64,000 nt of DNA, from positions 483,102 through 547,101 of the forward strand of contig NW_015171536.1 in the NCBI RefSeq assembly GCF_001447785.1, read 5' to 3'. Every line of letters starts with the position of its first letter. Within the stretch, counting starts at the first letter, position 1. Under the pieces are notes generated by a model that saw only the letters and a program-made list of their open reading frames with translations, was not told the origin of the DNA and did no database searches. The position numbers were made by a program, and so were the translations under genes. Below, piece after piece: positions 26,759 through 38,827 of the stretch. Origin of the DNA: Gekko japonicus (lineage: Eukaryota).

Positions 26759-28329
26759 TTGGTCAACCATTGGTTGTACTCCTCAAAGATCCACAACATT
26801 TGATGAATATTCATCTCAGTGAAACCCCTCTATTAAAGAAGGAACATATGCTAATTGGGATGCAGCTGATGAAATCTGCAAATCCCCAATTTAAATGAGA
26901 TGCTGGTGAGCCCAAATAACTCACTTGTGAAACTCGACTCCTGTATATCCTGGTCTGCTCTCCAGGCAAAGCAGCTACATGTTCTTAGTTAGCATGCCAG
27001 CATAGCATGCACATAGGCTACAGATCTTTGACACACTATGTGCCACTGCTTTGCATGAGTAGAAGCCTAATTAATGAAAAGATGTCTCACCAGCATCAGT
27101 ATGTCACAGACTGACAGATACTGAGAGATCTATCTATGCCCATCCCAAGGTATATAGACATGCCTGAATGTCAGATTGCTAGATAGTTTTAAATATTTCC
27201 CTCATTCAGGAGGTATTTCTTTTCAACAGTGAAGAAGTGTTCTGATTTGAAGAAGAAAAAAGCCAAATAACCCTCCTGTTCTAACATTGTCATTATGATG
27301 TTGCTTCTTGTGACAGTGTTGTAATATGACTACTGGGACTGCCCTGAGCCTGCTCATGGAGGAGGACAGGATATAAATCAAATCAAATAAAATAAATCAA
27401 ATCAAATAGATAGTTCCCCCCCCCAAAAAAAAACACCACTACATACTTGTGTTATGTAGAAGTTATTACCACTACCATCAAGGCCCACAATTAACATCTG
27501 TGGGATAAGGCCAGCCTAACTGACATCGTATTTACCATCTTGTGGAATCCAGAGACTGAGATCCTTAGGTGCGCCTTTACATGGCACCCCATTGGGATTT
27601 CATACTGTGAGCATTTTAAATTGTTTAATTATTTAACTGTTTTAACTGTTTAATTGTTCAATTGTTTTTAACTGTTTATGATTTTGGCGCACTATGCCAA
27701 ACATTGTTAGCCACCCTGAGCCTGCTTGCGGGGAGGGCAGGATATAAATGCAATAATATTTTAAAAATATATTATTCAGGAGATTTGGAGTGGTTGTTTT
27801 ACAAGGAACTAAAGCTAAGTAAGCAGGCTTCATATTTGCTGTAATTGCTGAGTATTTTATTTTACACTAACTGCTGGATAACTCAGTGTTACCTTTCTAT
27901 CTGTGACTCAAAGGTCAGAACACACACTCATATGCTTTAGAACCTACTAAGTAAATTGTCAAGCAAAGTGCTACATCAAAGTCAATTCACTGGTGATTTT
28001 GATATTACAGGCATTTGTGCTAGAATAAATATGGATCAGAGATGACAGTACTAACCAACATGTAGGTGAACTCAGACCCAGTATTCATACACTGAAATCT
28101 GTTTCTTTTGCTTCCTGTAAAACAAGACTAATATATAAAAGAGACTGAGCAGAAAGTTGCCCAGGTTTTCTTTAAGTTTGAAAGTAGGGGTTATTTTAAT
28201 TATTTCCAATTCTCTGTCCTCCATCAAACTCCTTACATCTGCCTTTTTCATGGATGCTTGGCACTGTTTGCAACCATTTCCCCCCTGTTTCATGCCTCCT
28301 CAGGTGATATTATGGCATCATAATAGTTT

Positions 28330-28505
28330 GAGGCTGAGAAAGCTGTCTTGAGAACTGCCCCTGAGAGAGCAGCTCTGTGAGAACTTGTGACTGACCCAAG
28401 GTCACCCAGCTGGCTGCATGTGGAGGAGTGGGAATGAAAGCTGGTTCTCCCAGATTAGAGTCTGCGCTGTTGACCACTGCAGCAAATTGAACCACTACAC
28501 CAAAC
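28330..28505 (-). mobile_element. Squam3-like SINE, partial
   Basis: Reverse-complement match to the other SINE copies (gtggaggagtgggaatgaaagctggttctcccagattagagtc). Confidence 0.75.
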
Positions 28506-29290
28506 ATGTATAGGGATGCATGAGTGTTCTGAGAGTGGAGTGACGGGCCCACAAGTGGAAAGACATGGCCTAAGAACACAATCAGTGCTTTGGGACTGCA
28601 ATGACAGGATAGTTTTTGTAAAGAAGAAACTATAGTAAAGAATGTGGCGGTAGAATAGACTGTACCACTCAGACCACAGGGATGGATTCCAGCTTTGAAC
28701 ACCTCTTCTAAAAGAAACTGTGTGGAAGTAGAAGGCTAATCCACAGAAAGGTTGCATGATCTCAAAGCAAAGACAGTATTGACTCTGTTGTCTCAAGGCC
28801 ACTAACCTTGTTCTCCTCTTCTGCAGTTTATCCTCACAACCACCTTGAGATAGGTTAAGTGGTTGGTGGGCTAAGGTTTCCATTTGCAGGGAGCTGTAAC
28901 ACATCGGAGGGCATCCCAAACTGTGATAATCCATAATGATTCATGTTGTAATTGTCCTACATGCCTGCTCTTTGGAAAGAACTGTCTTGTATGTTCACAA
29001 CTCCAGTGTCTGGATTTAAGTATACATGGATGCAGCCTTGTTGAGAATGAGACATATTGATAAAGCATGTTTAAACTGTAGTGGGGAATCTGCTACCAGT
29101 AGGATTAGATGGTGCAGAGCAAGGTAATCCTGTGATCCAACATTGTTAAAACAGCTTCAGATTCTCATTGGAGAAAGGGGCAGTGGAGAATAGGTGTGAA
29201 GCCTGATAGGTCAGGAAAGGAATTGGTATTGAAATGAGTCTCATAGGTCAGGTCCCACTTTCTGTCTTTCATTTTCCTGTGCTCCACTAC

Positions 29291-30058
29291 CAGGGCTGTT
29301 TTTGGCTTGCTAGCGGTGGGGGGGGGGGCGCAGATCTGCCCTCAGAGAGAAGGGAGAGCTTGAACCTGCAAAAACCTTGGTCTGAAAGGTGCCACTGGAC
29401 TGTTTTGGATTGTTAGCTATGGGGGGGACACACACAGATCTGGAAAGAAATAAAGAAGGAAAGAAGGAGAAAAGGGAAGAAGGAAAGGGGCAAAGAGAGA
29501 AGGGGAGAGAGAGAGAAGGAAAGGAGAGAAAATGAAAGAAGGAAAGAAGAAGAGAGAGAGAAAAGAAAGAAAGGGGAGAGACAGAAGGAAAGAGAGAAAG
29601 AGAAGGAAGGAAGGGGAGAGAGAGAGAAGGAGGGAAGGAAAGACAGAAGGCAAAGAGGCTCTGCCCCCCCCCCCGATCAAGGTCCCACTGCCGCCACCGC
29701 ACACCAGCACTCACAGGGAGCTGGGAGAGTGGAGAAGGGGGCACGGTGAACCTCGATGGCAGCAGCAAGCCACCTGGAGAGATCCGCGACCGGCAAGAAT
29801 GGAGCCCCCGACCTGGGCAGGCAGGGCGGAGCCCAGCAGTGTTCAGGTGGCAGTTGGGGATGCAGGTGAACCAGACTGCGGCTGGAGTGGTGGGGGCTCG
29901 GATTGAAGGTGGTGGCAGGAGGCAGGGAGGCAGGGCCAGAGAGCAAGTAGGTGGGAAGGATGGCAGCGGCCATGGAAGCCAGCCCCATAGCAAGGCGGGA
30001 GGCCTCAGTGGGAGGGGCGGGGCAAGCAAAACCTGGGAGGGCTGGAAAAATAGCCCCA
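29291..30058. mobile_element. hAT-type non-autonomous element with an internal polypurine tract (29445-29655)
   Basis: cagggctgtttttg / gaaaaatagcccca ends; TSD tccactac/tccaccag (6 of 8 match). Confidence 0.6.
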
Positions 30059-30111
30059 TCCACCAGTAAGCAAGACAACGGGCTCCAGGAAGAGGCTGCC
30101 CCCCAGCAAGC

Positions 30112-30595
30112 ATGAGGAGTTCCCGCCACCACCTCCGCTGCCTCCAAGCAGGCTTGGATGCCTTGCGGGTGGAATGGTGCATACAGGACATGACGCTGGT
30201 GGCTGGCAGTGGGCAGGAGTTTGGGGCCCACTGGGGCATACTCGCAGCAGCCTTGTACGACTTTTGTGCCATGTCCAGCAGGGCTCTGCGAGAGGCTCAA
30301 GTGGAGCGGGTGTGGCTGCACGGCGTGGAGGCCGAGTGCCTGATGCCGCTGGTTGACCTCGGCGAGACGGGCCATGTGGTGCAGCTGGTTCCGGAGCTGG
30401 CTGAGTGCCTCCCGTGCGGTGCCGACCTGCTCCAGTTCCCTGGCATCAAGGAGGCATGCGCCCCCTTTGACGAAACACGGGTTACCAGCTGTGTGGGCAG
30501 GACTCAGGCCACACAGTTAGGGGATTGACAGGCATTCGGAGTGGCAGATGAGGCAGTCAACTGATTTTGCCGCACATCGAATCTTGCCACCTCAA
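30112..30595 (+). pseudogene. Decayed fragment of a kelch-like (KLHL21-like) gene covering the BTB domain and start of BACK
   Basis: DMTLVAGSGQEFGAHWGILAAA..F.AM...LREAQVERVWLHGV...ADLLQFPGIKEAC aligns with recalled KLHL21 (DVTL..GRDFPAHRAVLAAASPYFRAMF..LRESRAERVRLHGV...ADLLQFPAVKEAC). Stop at 30526-30528; many R-to-W/Q/C changes typical of CpG decay. Confidence 0.75.
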
Positions 30596-31721
30596 CTGAC
30601 AAATATATATAAGTAGAGATTCTTCTTATATTGCTTCATGTATCTGCTTCTAACTAACCAGGCATTTTCATATTTTATGCATTAGGTAATTGTATTACTT
30701 TCTGTAAACTTTTTTTTGTTTCCCTGCTTTTGGGGTTCATAGCATATTTCAGTCGTCACCTTTTAAAAGTTACCACTTGCTTATCCTCTTTGGGTTATTT
30801 TTTTTTAAAAAAACACCTTATTTATCCATTACAGTGTACGTACAGGAAACCTTCCACTTTTCCTAGCATGATTTTCATTTCCAGTGAGTCTCGTCTTCTC
30901 ACAACGTGATCAAAGTATGATAGCCTCAGTTCAGTCATTTTTGCTATTAGGGAGAGTTCAGGCTTGATTTGATCTAGAAACACTTATTTGTCTTTTTGGT
31001 GGTCCATGATATCCATAAAACTCTCCTCCAACACCACATTTCAAATAAATTAACTTCCTTCCTGTCAGCATTCTTCATTGCCCAACTTTCACACCTATAC
31101 GTAGTAATGGAGAATACTATCATAGGAATCTTGGTCACCAGTGACATATCCTTACACTTAAGGATCTTTTCTCATTATTTCATAGTTGTCCTTCCCGGTC
31201 TCAAACTCCTTCTGATTTTTTGACTGTGGTCTTCCTTTTGCTTGATACTTGAGTGAAGGAACAGAAAATCTTTAACAATTTAAATTACTTTATCATCGGT
31301 CTTAAAGTTGTGTAATTCCCTAGGAGACATTACTTTCGTCTTCTTAATTTCAGCTGTAGAAAAGAGCAAGAGTCCAGTGCCACCTTAAAGACTAATAAAA
31401 ATATGTGGCAGGGTATGAGCTTTCTTGAGTCACTTTTCCACTGCTACAGACAGACTAATGCAGCTAACCATTTTGATCTAATGTTCAGCTGTAATCCTGC
31501 TTTGAAACTTTCTGCTTTATTTATTTATTTATTTACCTTCAACTTCTACCCCGCTCGAACCCCTCACATGGGTCTCTGAGCGGCTTACATAGTTTGTATT
31601 ATCCCTATCTATGGGCACATATATATATCGTATTAGGGGCGGGACTACCTAACGGCACCTGGTGGGATTCAGTTGATGTGTCTTCAGCTCTTTAACTTTC
31701 ATCATAGTTGTTTCAAGTCTT

Positions 31722-33231
31722 TCTTTTTTTTTGGCCCACCAAAGGGGATCTTTTTATTTGCTTTTCTATAAAACTACAACAGAAATTGGGAAGGTAAAAG
31801 TCTACATCTAACGGAGAAAGTAAAGAGAACCTAACTAAAAACCCAAGTGCGTAGGTTTTACAATGCTTAAAACATAGTCATTACACTTATTCATATACCT
31901 TCAAACATGAAGAGTGCCCGCCAATCATCACTTCTGTTGACAAAACCAGCTTATCAGACTAGGCAGAGATAAATTCCAAAACTAGAACACACATAGACCC
32001 AGCCCTTAAGAAAAATTGACATCTCCTTTTACGCTTTGCTCCCCCCCATAGGCAAAATCTTTAAAACCAATGTTCCCTCAGTAAGAACACTTCAACAATT
32101 TATCTTCTTCCGTCTTAGCTGTATCTTCTTTTTCTTCTTCTTCCTCCAATTAGCTTTTACCTTTTATAAGTCCAGATCTGTCCATTCATGATATAGACCA
32201 AGTTCCTTTTTCCAGGGACACCTTCGCTTCCTTAGACGTCTTAAATCAAAAGAGACCTTCCTTTTGTTGCATTAAATACACATTCATTGAAGAATCCAAC
32301 CTTTCTCTTAGCAAATTGATCTTATGAAGTTAGGGTAGCGAGCCCTTTACTAAAAAAAACCCTGCTTTTCGATCTGTTTGCCAGTCCAACCACAACTGAA
32401 CTAAACTTTAGAGTCTCCAACCATTCATAAGTCTCTATGATCAAAGTACGCACCAAATACTGTCCCTTTAAAAATATAGCCACTTTTAGTACAGATCCAG
32501 GTCACTGCTCCATTTTAGCCACCAGAGGGCCCATGATTCACTTTAAAGACAGAGTCTATGGTTAGGTCATATGACCTAACTTTCCACTGTTCTCCTTCCC
32601 TGAAGAAAGCATTGGTCTCGCCTCCCTCTTCGCCTCTCATTGCCATCTTTTGGGGATGTTTACATTCGCTGAGAAAGAATGCCAAAGTCTCTAAGGTCAG
32701 TTTAAATGCTCAGCTTTCTTTCAGAAAAACTCTCCGCTACAGTCCATCGCCGCAATTTGATCAGTCCCTCCAATCATGCTTTCGCATTCGCTTAAAACGT
32801 CGGGAGATAGGGCATCCCCTCCCCCCCTCCGCTTATAATAGAGGGACTTCACTTCTAGGCTTTGGTGTCTCGTTTCAACAAAAGCTCACTCATCAGTCCT
32901 TGAATCGATCCATCAGGTCCTAAAACGGCCCCTGGGATCACACCAGGCAGAGCAAATCGCAAAACCTCCAAACGCTGTCCCGGTCGTTGCTTCTAATCCA
33001 ATATTGGGAATCAGGGCAGGACCTTCAGGGTAGAGAGTAGCCTCCCTGTACCAGCTGTCGGCCAGAGGTAGGGCTCTCCAAAGCCCCCTGGCTAGGAGCC
33101 TATTTGCCTATGGGCTCCATGGGGGAGCGTGCACAATCACACTCCCTCCTAATCCCCGATTCATGGCACACGTCTCTCAGAGGAGCCAAGAGACGCAGCC
33201 ATCGTTGAAGCGCCGAAGACCGGAAGTCAGT
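31722..33231 (-). mobile_element. Short (1.5 kb) L1-like retroelement with CpG-rich 5' end, poly(A) tail and TSD
   Basis: 14-bp TSD ttgtttcaagtctt at 31708-31721 and 33232-33245. Minus-strand 5' end gacttccggtcttcggcg; AATAAA followed by an A-tail at the 3' end. Confidence 0.7.
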
Positions 33232-33874
33232 TTGTTTCAAGTCTTCACTATTTCCTACCAGTAATGTGGTGGCATATGCATATCTCAAAGGGTTAATGTT
33301 TCTTCCACCAATTTCCACTCCACCTTCATTGAAATCTAATCCTGCTTTCCTTATAGATTCTGCATATAGACTGAACAGATAGGTAGATAAAATATATCTT
33401 TGTCTGACACTTTTGCCAATTGGAAACCATTCTGTTTCTCTATATTCTGTCCTAACAGTAATATCTTGTCTAGACTACAGATTGCATATCAAAACAATCA
33501 GATGTTGTGGCACACTCATTTCTTTTAAAACCAACCATGGCTTTTCATGATTCACACAGTCAAACATTTTGCTATAATCTATGAAACACAAACTGATATT
33601 CTTCTGAAATTTTCAGCATAAATTTGCAATATGATATCTACTGCCCCTTTCTTTTTCTGAATCCAGCTTGAACATCTGGCATTTCTTGTTCCATACATGG
33701 TAACAGTCTTTGTTGTAAAAATTTAAACAGCACTTTGCTTGCATAAGAAACTAGTGCAATGGTCCAATAGTCACTACAGTCTTTGACATCTCCTTTTTTG
33801 GAACTGGAATGTAGATTGAGCATTTCCAGTCTGTGGGCCATTGTTTAATTTTCCATATTTGGTGGCATATCCTT

Positions 33875-34458
33875 GGTTGTGGTCACAAGCGACAGAAAAA
33901 ACAGGGAGGGAGGAAGCAACACTATTTCCTCTGGAGGAATTTGACCCTCAGTTGCGCGATCACACAGTCCTTGGAAGCTGCGGGCACAGGCCACCACTGC
34001 GTGATCAGACGCAACCACGGGTGAGTTGGGGTTTTTTTTCTGTTTGTTTCCGATGTACTTAAATGAGGAATCAATTAATCCCATCTCTGCACTGAGGGCT
34101 CCCTATGGAGTTTGAGATGATGCGCACACTGGGGGGGGGGGCAAAACAACGCACCAAAAAAGAACCACCTACCTACGTGGTTCATGGCGAAGGGGCGCAT
34201 CAATCCTGGCCATGGGATCGCCGGCGCGACCTTTCGCCAGCGCATCCCCGGCTCCTAGCTGAACTGCGCATGCTCCGACATGCGCAGTTAGGCAGCCTCC
34301 CCGTCCGGACTGTGTTTTCTCCCCGGCATCTGATCATGCCGGGGAGCAACGCCGCCGCCGCTAGGGGATCTGTGGGATCCCGCTGCGGTGTCTCTATTTT
34401 ACTGTGGCTCTGATTTGCCGCACTCTGCCGGGGTTTTTCTCTGCCGTGTGGCAGGGGC
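33875..34458. mobile_element. Harbinger-like MITE (family also at 58670-58949, inverted)
   Basis: 33875-34030 matches the reverse complement of 58800-58949. Right end gtgtggcaggggcc resembles the 54865-55307 TIR. Interrupts the RTE. Confidence 0.6.
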
Positions 34459-37400
34459 CTCTATTTCTCTGGCTTGGAATAGCTCTATTGATATTCCATG
34501 TACTCCTGATGATTTTCTCTTACAACTGCTTTGAGTGCAGCTTTCACTTTACTATCTATAGCTGCACGATCTTCTTCAAAAGTCTCTTTGAAAGAATCTG
34601 TCACCTTTTAATGACTTCTATATAGTTGTTCAGTGTATTGTTCCCATTTTTTCTTTATTTTGTCCTATTCAGTTAATATATTTTCATGTTGATTTTTCAG
34701 CTTTACTAGCAGAGATGGTCAACTGACATGAACTTTCCACAAACATTCCAGTTGTCTGTGGGGCTTCATGCCAATTCATGAACAGATGCATCTCTAGACA
34801 GACGATCTCTGCTCAATCAAAACATTTGCACAACTTCAAAGCAACACTTGGAGGGCATGAAGAGGAGTGTCGGGGGAGGTGCCCTGCAACTTTGATGTCT
34901 CTAGCTTACACAGGATCCATTCTATACGCTTCTGAACCTTCTGAACCTGCAACTATCAAAACAGGTGGTCATTTTGACAGCTACAGGCTCAGGAGGTTTA
35001 GGAGTGTACAGAACAGATCCTGTGCAAGTTAGAGACACCAAGCTTGCAGTGGACTCCCCCCAGATGCTCCTGTACATGCCCTCCAAGTTTGGTGTCTCTA
35101 GCTTGTACAGTACCCACTGAACCTCCTGAACCTGCTCCTGTCAAAATGACCACTTGTCATTCTGACAGGCACAGGTTCAGGAGGTTCAGGAGTATATAGA
35201 ATGGATCCAGTGCAAGCTAGAAACACCAAACACAGGGGATCTTCAGCTGACTCTTCTCTACCTGCCCTTCAAGTTTGATGTCATTTCCCCAGAAAGCATT
35301 TTCCTGGGGGCACCTTCTTTTGGGGGCCATAACTCAGACTCCATAATCCTCACCAAACTTTGAGGGCACGCCATTGAGAGTCAGTCAGACATCCCCTGTG
35401 AGTTTGGAGGGGCTGGCAGCATCTATAACTCTTGGGATTTTGCAAATGTCACACTTCAATCATGAAAGAGTTAAACTGTTATTTATGTATGCTAATATTA
35501 GTTAATTAGCATAGAACCAATTAGGTTTTAGGCATGCTTTGTTTGTTTTTTCTTCCTGCCAGAGAATTGGATGGATTATTCCTAATGAGATGAGTTTGAA
35601 ACCAGCTATTAGCTCATCAATATATTGGAAGATACTACACAGTGGTGGAGCTTTGGGGGATCTTTTCCCCCCCTTTGTTCTACTCTCAGACCCGAAGAAG
35701 AAGGGTAACCAATATGTAGTTAAGAACTAGTTTGCAAAGGTGTTGTTATTATTTTCTTATAGCTAAATATACACGTGTGCTGTGTTGCTTTTATTCCACT
35801 ATGCATATTAGCTCTGTTAAATATCCAACAGTAATGGTAGCTGTCGGGCACCTGGAGGGGCTTCTTGCCATTGTGAGGGGCATAGATGAGGGACAGGGGT
35901 GCATTGAGAGGCTGCTGGGGGACCTCTCAAGAGTCTCTCCGAGCCCCCACCTCTTTGAGGGGAGGTGTGCTGCAGAGGAGGAATGTCAGTCCTGTGGTCC
36001 ATCCCTCTCCACCCCTTGCCAGTGACAGACACTTGGCTCAGCCTCCTGGACTCATGGCTCCCATTGGTCCTACCTTCCCTGTCTATCACAACAATGCTGG
36101 AACCGAATGCTGTGGCAGGATCACCACAGATGCCACCATGGCAACACTGCTGGGGCATTCATCCCCCATTTGGCTTCCGTGTACCTATCCCCTTAGGGGG
36201 GACACCTAGCTGCACCAGAGCTGTGCCACGGCCGGCTGCTTTAGCGTAGGCACAACACAGGATTTCTCTGCCTCCTATCTTCAGCGATTTATTATTTATT
36301 TATGACATTGTACCATAACTTTCTCCACACTGTGGACCCAAAAGAGCTGACATCATTATCTTCCATTTTATCCTTACAACAACCTTGTTAGCTGATAGGC
36401 TAGGTGGAAAATATGTAACTGGCCCAAGATCGCCCAGCAAGATTCCATGGAAGAGTAGGGATCTGAACCTGAAACTCTCAGATCCTAGTCTGAAACTCTA
36501 ACTACTGCATCATAATGGATTTTGTGGGGTAGCTGCTGTTGAATAGTAACAAGCAGCCAGATCTAAATGAGTCATGCAAATCCAGTGGGATAACAAATCA
36601 CCTGGCAGATTGTTGCCTCCCTTAAAGGCCAAAACAGCCCTGGAAAGGGTCCTGATCTCAGTGCCTTTTACTAACAGAAACCAGGCCAGGAAGACTGCCA
36701 ATACTGTTGTGGGTGCATAGTAACAGCCACTAAGGGTATTCGTTTCTTAAAACTACAGGTTCTACTCCTATTTGGGGGGGACCCCTTGGTGTATTTTTTA
36801 TTATTTTGGATTATTCTGCACAGCTGGGACATTTTTCAGGTTTGTAGAAAACTCTTGTCTAGTCTGTTCATTACTTCAATCTTCAGATTTAAGTATACAC
36901 AGATTTGTTCATGTTGAATATTACATATATGGGTAACAATTCAATTCAAAAATTCAACAATTCAAAACTACTTCAAAGCTAGTTTTAAAAGACAATTTTT
37001 TTGTTATGTTTCAGTTTAAGAATGGGCTTCCTTCTCCCTGTTGTGTCATATTCTCACTCAGCTTTCATGGCTCATTATTATAGTTGAAGAGATCCAATGA
37101 AAACTGTATTTATTAATATTGTTATGTTACATCTGATGCCTGTAGGAGGACCAGGTTTTATTAGATTTTATTTTATTGAACACCTTTCATACACAAGCTT
37201 GTTTTGAAGTGTCTCAAAGAGTAGTGAATTTTACATGAGCAGTGCACTGAAAACAGTTTGTGTAAAAGGAAGTAGGCTATTGTATAGCTGATATGCAGAT
37301 TGGTAGAAGGCACAGAGCTGTAACATAAAAGTATAATGAAACTACATTTAAAGTGTTTGATAAACATGATAGATGCATTTATGAAAAATCCATCTTTTCA

Positions 37401-38827
37401 TGCATTTAGCTTTTATTATCAACCTAACTTTTCATGTGATAGTCCTTAACTCTGATAGATTTTTTTAAAAAAGATCCATTCCCAGAGAGTAAATCAAAAT
37501 GTTNNNNNNNNNNCAGCAGGACCCACAAAGCCCATATGAAAGAAGAATAAGGATAGGGTGATTTAGTTGATATAAATACAGAACTTTTCAAAAACAATAT
37601 TGTACCAGACTGATGCAAACAAAGTGAAATTAGGTAAAAGCATGTTTCTTAGGTAGTTTACAAAGCTACTGTCTCCTTATGTGAGCTAAACAGGTGGCAA
37701 TATCCTGAGGATTCTTTCTTGTTGTGACAGGGAAGAGTAAGGTGCTTGAAATACACCCAGGGAACCCAAATCTCTTGGAAGAACACTCTTNNNNNNNNNN
37801 NNNNNNNNNNNNNNCTTTCCCAAGGAAGGCAGTAATAAACTGCTTAAATTGCCAGCTAAGAAGAGATGAGTTTCCTGCAAGGAGACAGTAATTTGCCCAG
37901 CTGCCAGGAAGGGGCAAGATAGATGGCTATTTGGATAACCTGAGCTGGGCAATAAAGAAGGGAGGCATTCTCTGCAAGGTGACTGGAGAAAGGAATGCCA
38001 GGTGTCCCACAAGGGCATTACTCCCCAAACTTAGGACTGGGTAAATAGACTCTGTCCCAGCTAGGACTGCAAGGGTTAACAAATATGAACATTCTGTTAC
38101 AGGTGCACAAAGAGCCACTGAAGTTGATGAGGGGCAGCTAAAGGAATAAAGGGGCACCTGCCTCTAAGTTCCAGCAGACTTGCTCCCACCTCACAGAGGG
38201 GGATGCCAAAGATAACATCTGTGTCTCTAAAGGTTAGACTAGCCCAAAGGGTTTTTCCCCTCTTTCTTAATTCTGCAATAGTCCTTCAGTGCTGTGATAC
38301 CCTTTTCAGTGCTCCAGAGTGTAAAGTTGTGTTGTAGTAAATAAAGATCTTTCTCATTTAAGAACTCAGACTGTGTTCAAAAAGCCTTAACCTATGTCTA
38401 ACCATTCACTCATGCTTATGCTACAGCTTCTTTGTGAGGCTGGCTAAAGAGAAAGCAAGAAGAGAGTGGGTTCTTAGCAGCATCCTCACTCCATGCACCC
38501 ACACAGAAACCAACCAGTGCCCCAAACCACAGGTGACTGAGAGACACCATATCATTTTGGGTGGTGTCATGCTGGAATACCTGGTGGGAAGAAAGGAAGA
38601 AGTGACAGGGTGCCTTGGCTCATACAAGCATGCACCCTCCCCATTACATCACTGATGTTACAATAGAGAAGAATATGGAATGCTTAGTTACAGCTCATAT
38701 ATTTGCAATGCAACGCTAAGCACAAAGGGCCCGGGTAGGCGAGGCCCGCCATTTGCGGGGCCAGGTGGGGGAGGAAGCGGCTGGCCAATCGTTGGGTCGG
38801 GGGGGCAGGCGAGTGGTGGGAAGTTAG

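Larger units (their letters stand above)
30855..34705 (-). mobile_element. RTE/BovB-like LINE fragments split by nested insertions
   Basis: ORFs 33638-33841 (DCSDYWTIALVSYASKVL...QAGFRK) and 33100-33318 (IGGRNINPLRYAYATTLL); same family as 3600-8770. Confidence 0.85.

Noticed and set aside
29310-30375. Long minus-strand ORFs (320 aa and 232 aa)
   Set aside because: They arise from a polypurine tract and GC-rich transposon sequence plus the antisense of the KLHL21-like fragment. They are low complexity with no recognisable domain.
37723-38425. LTR-like segment (TG...CA, AATAAA) upstream of the Ngaro element
   Set aside because: It contains an N gap and has no matching TSD or partner. It cannot be delimited, and there is no evidence it belongs to the Ngaro element.
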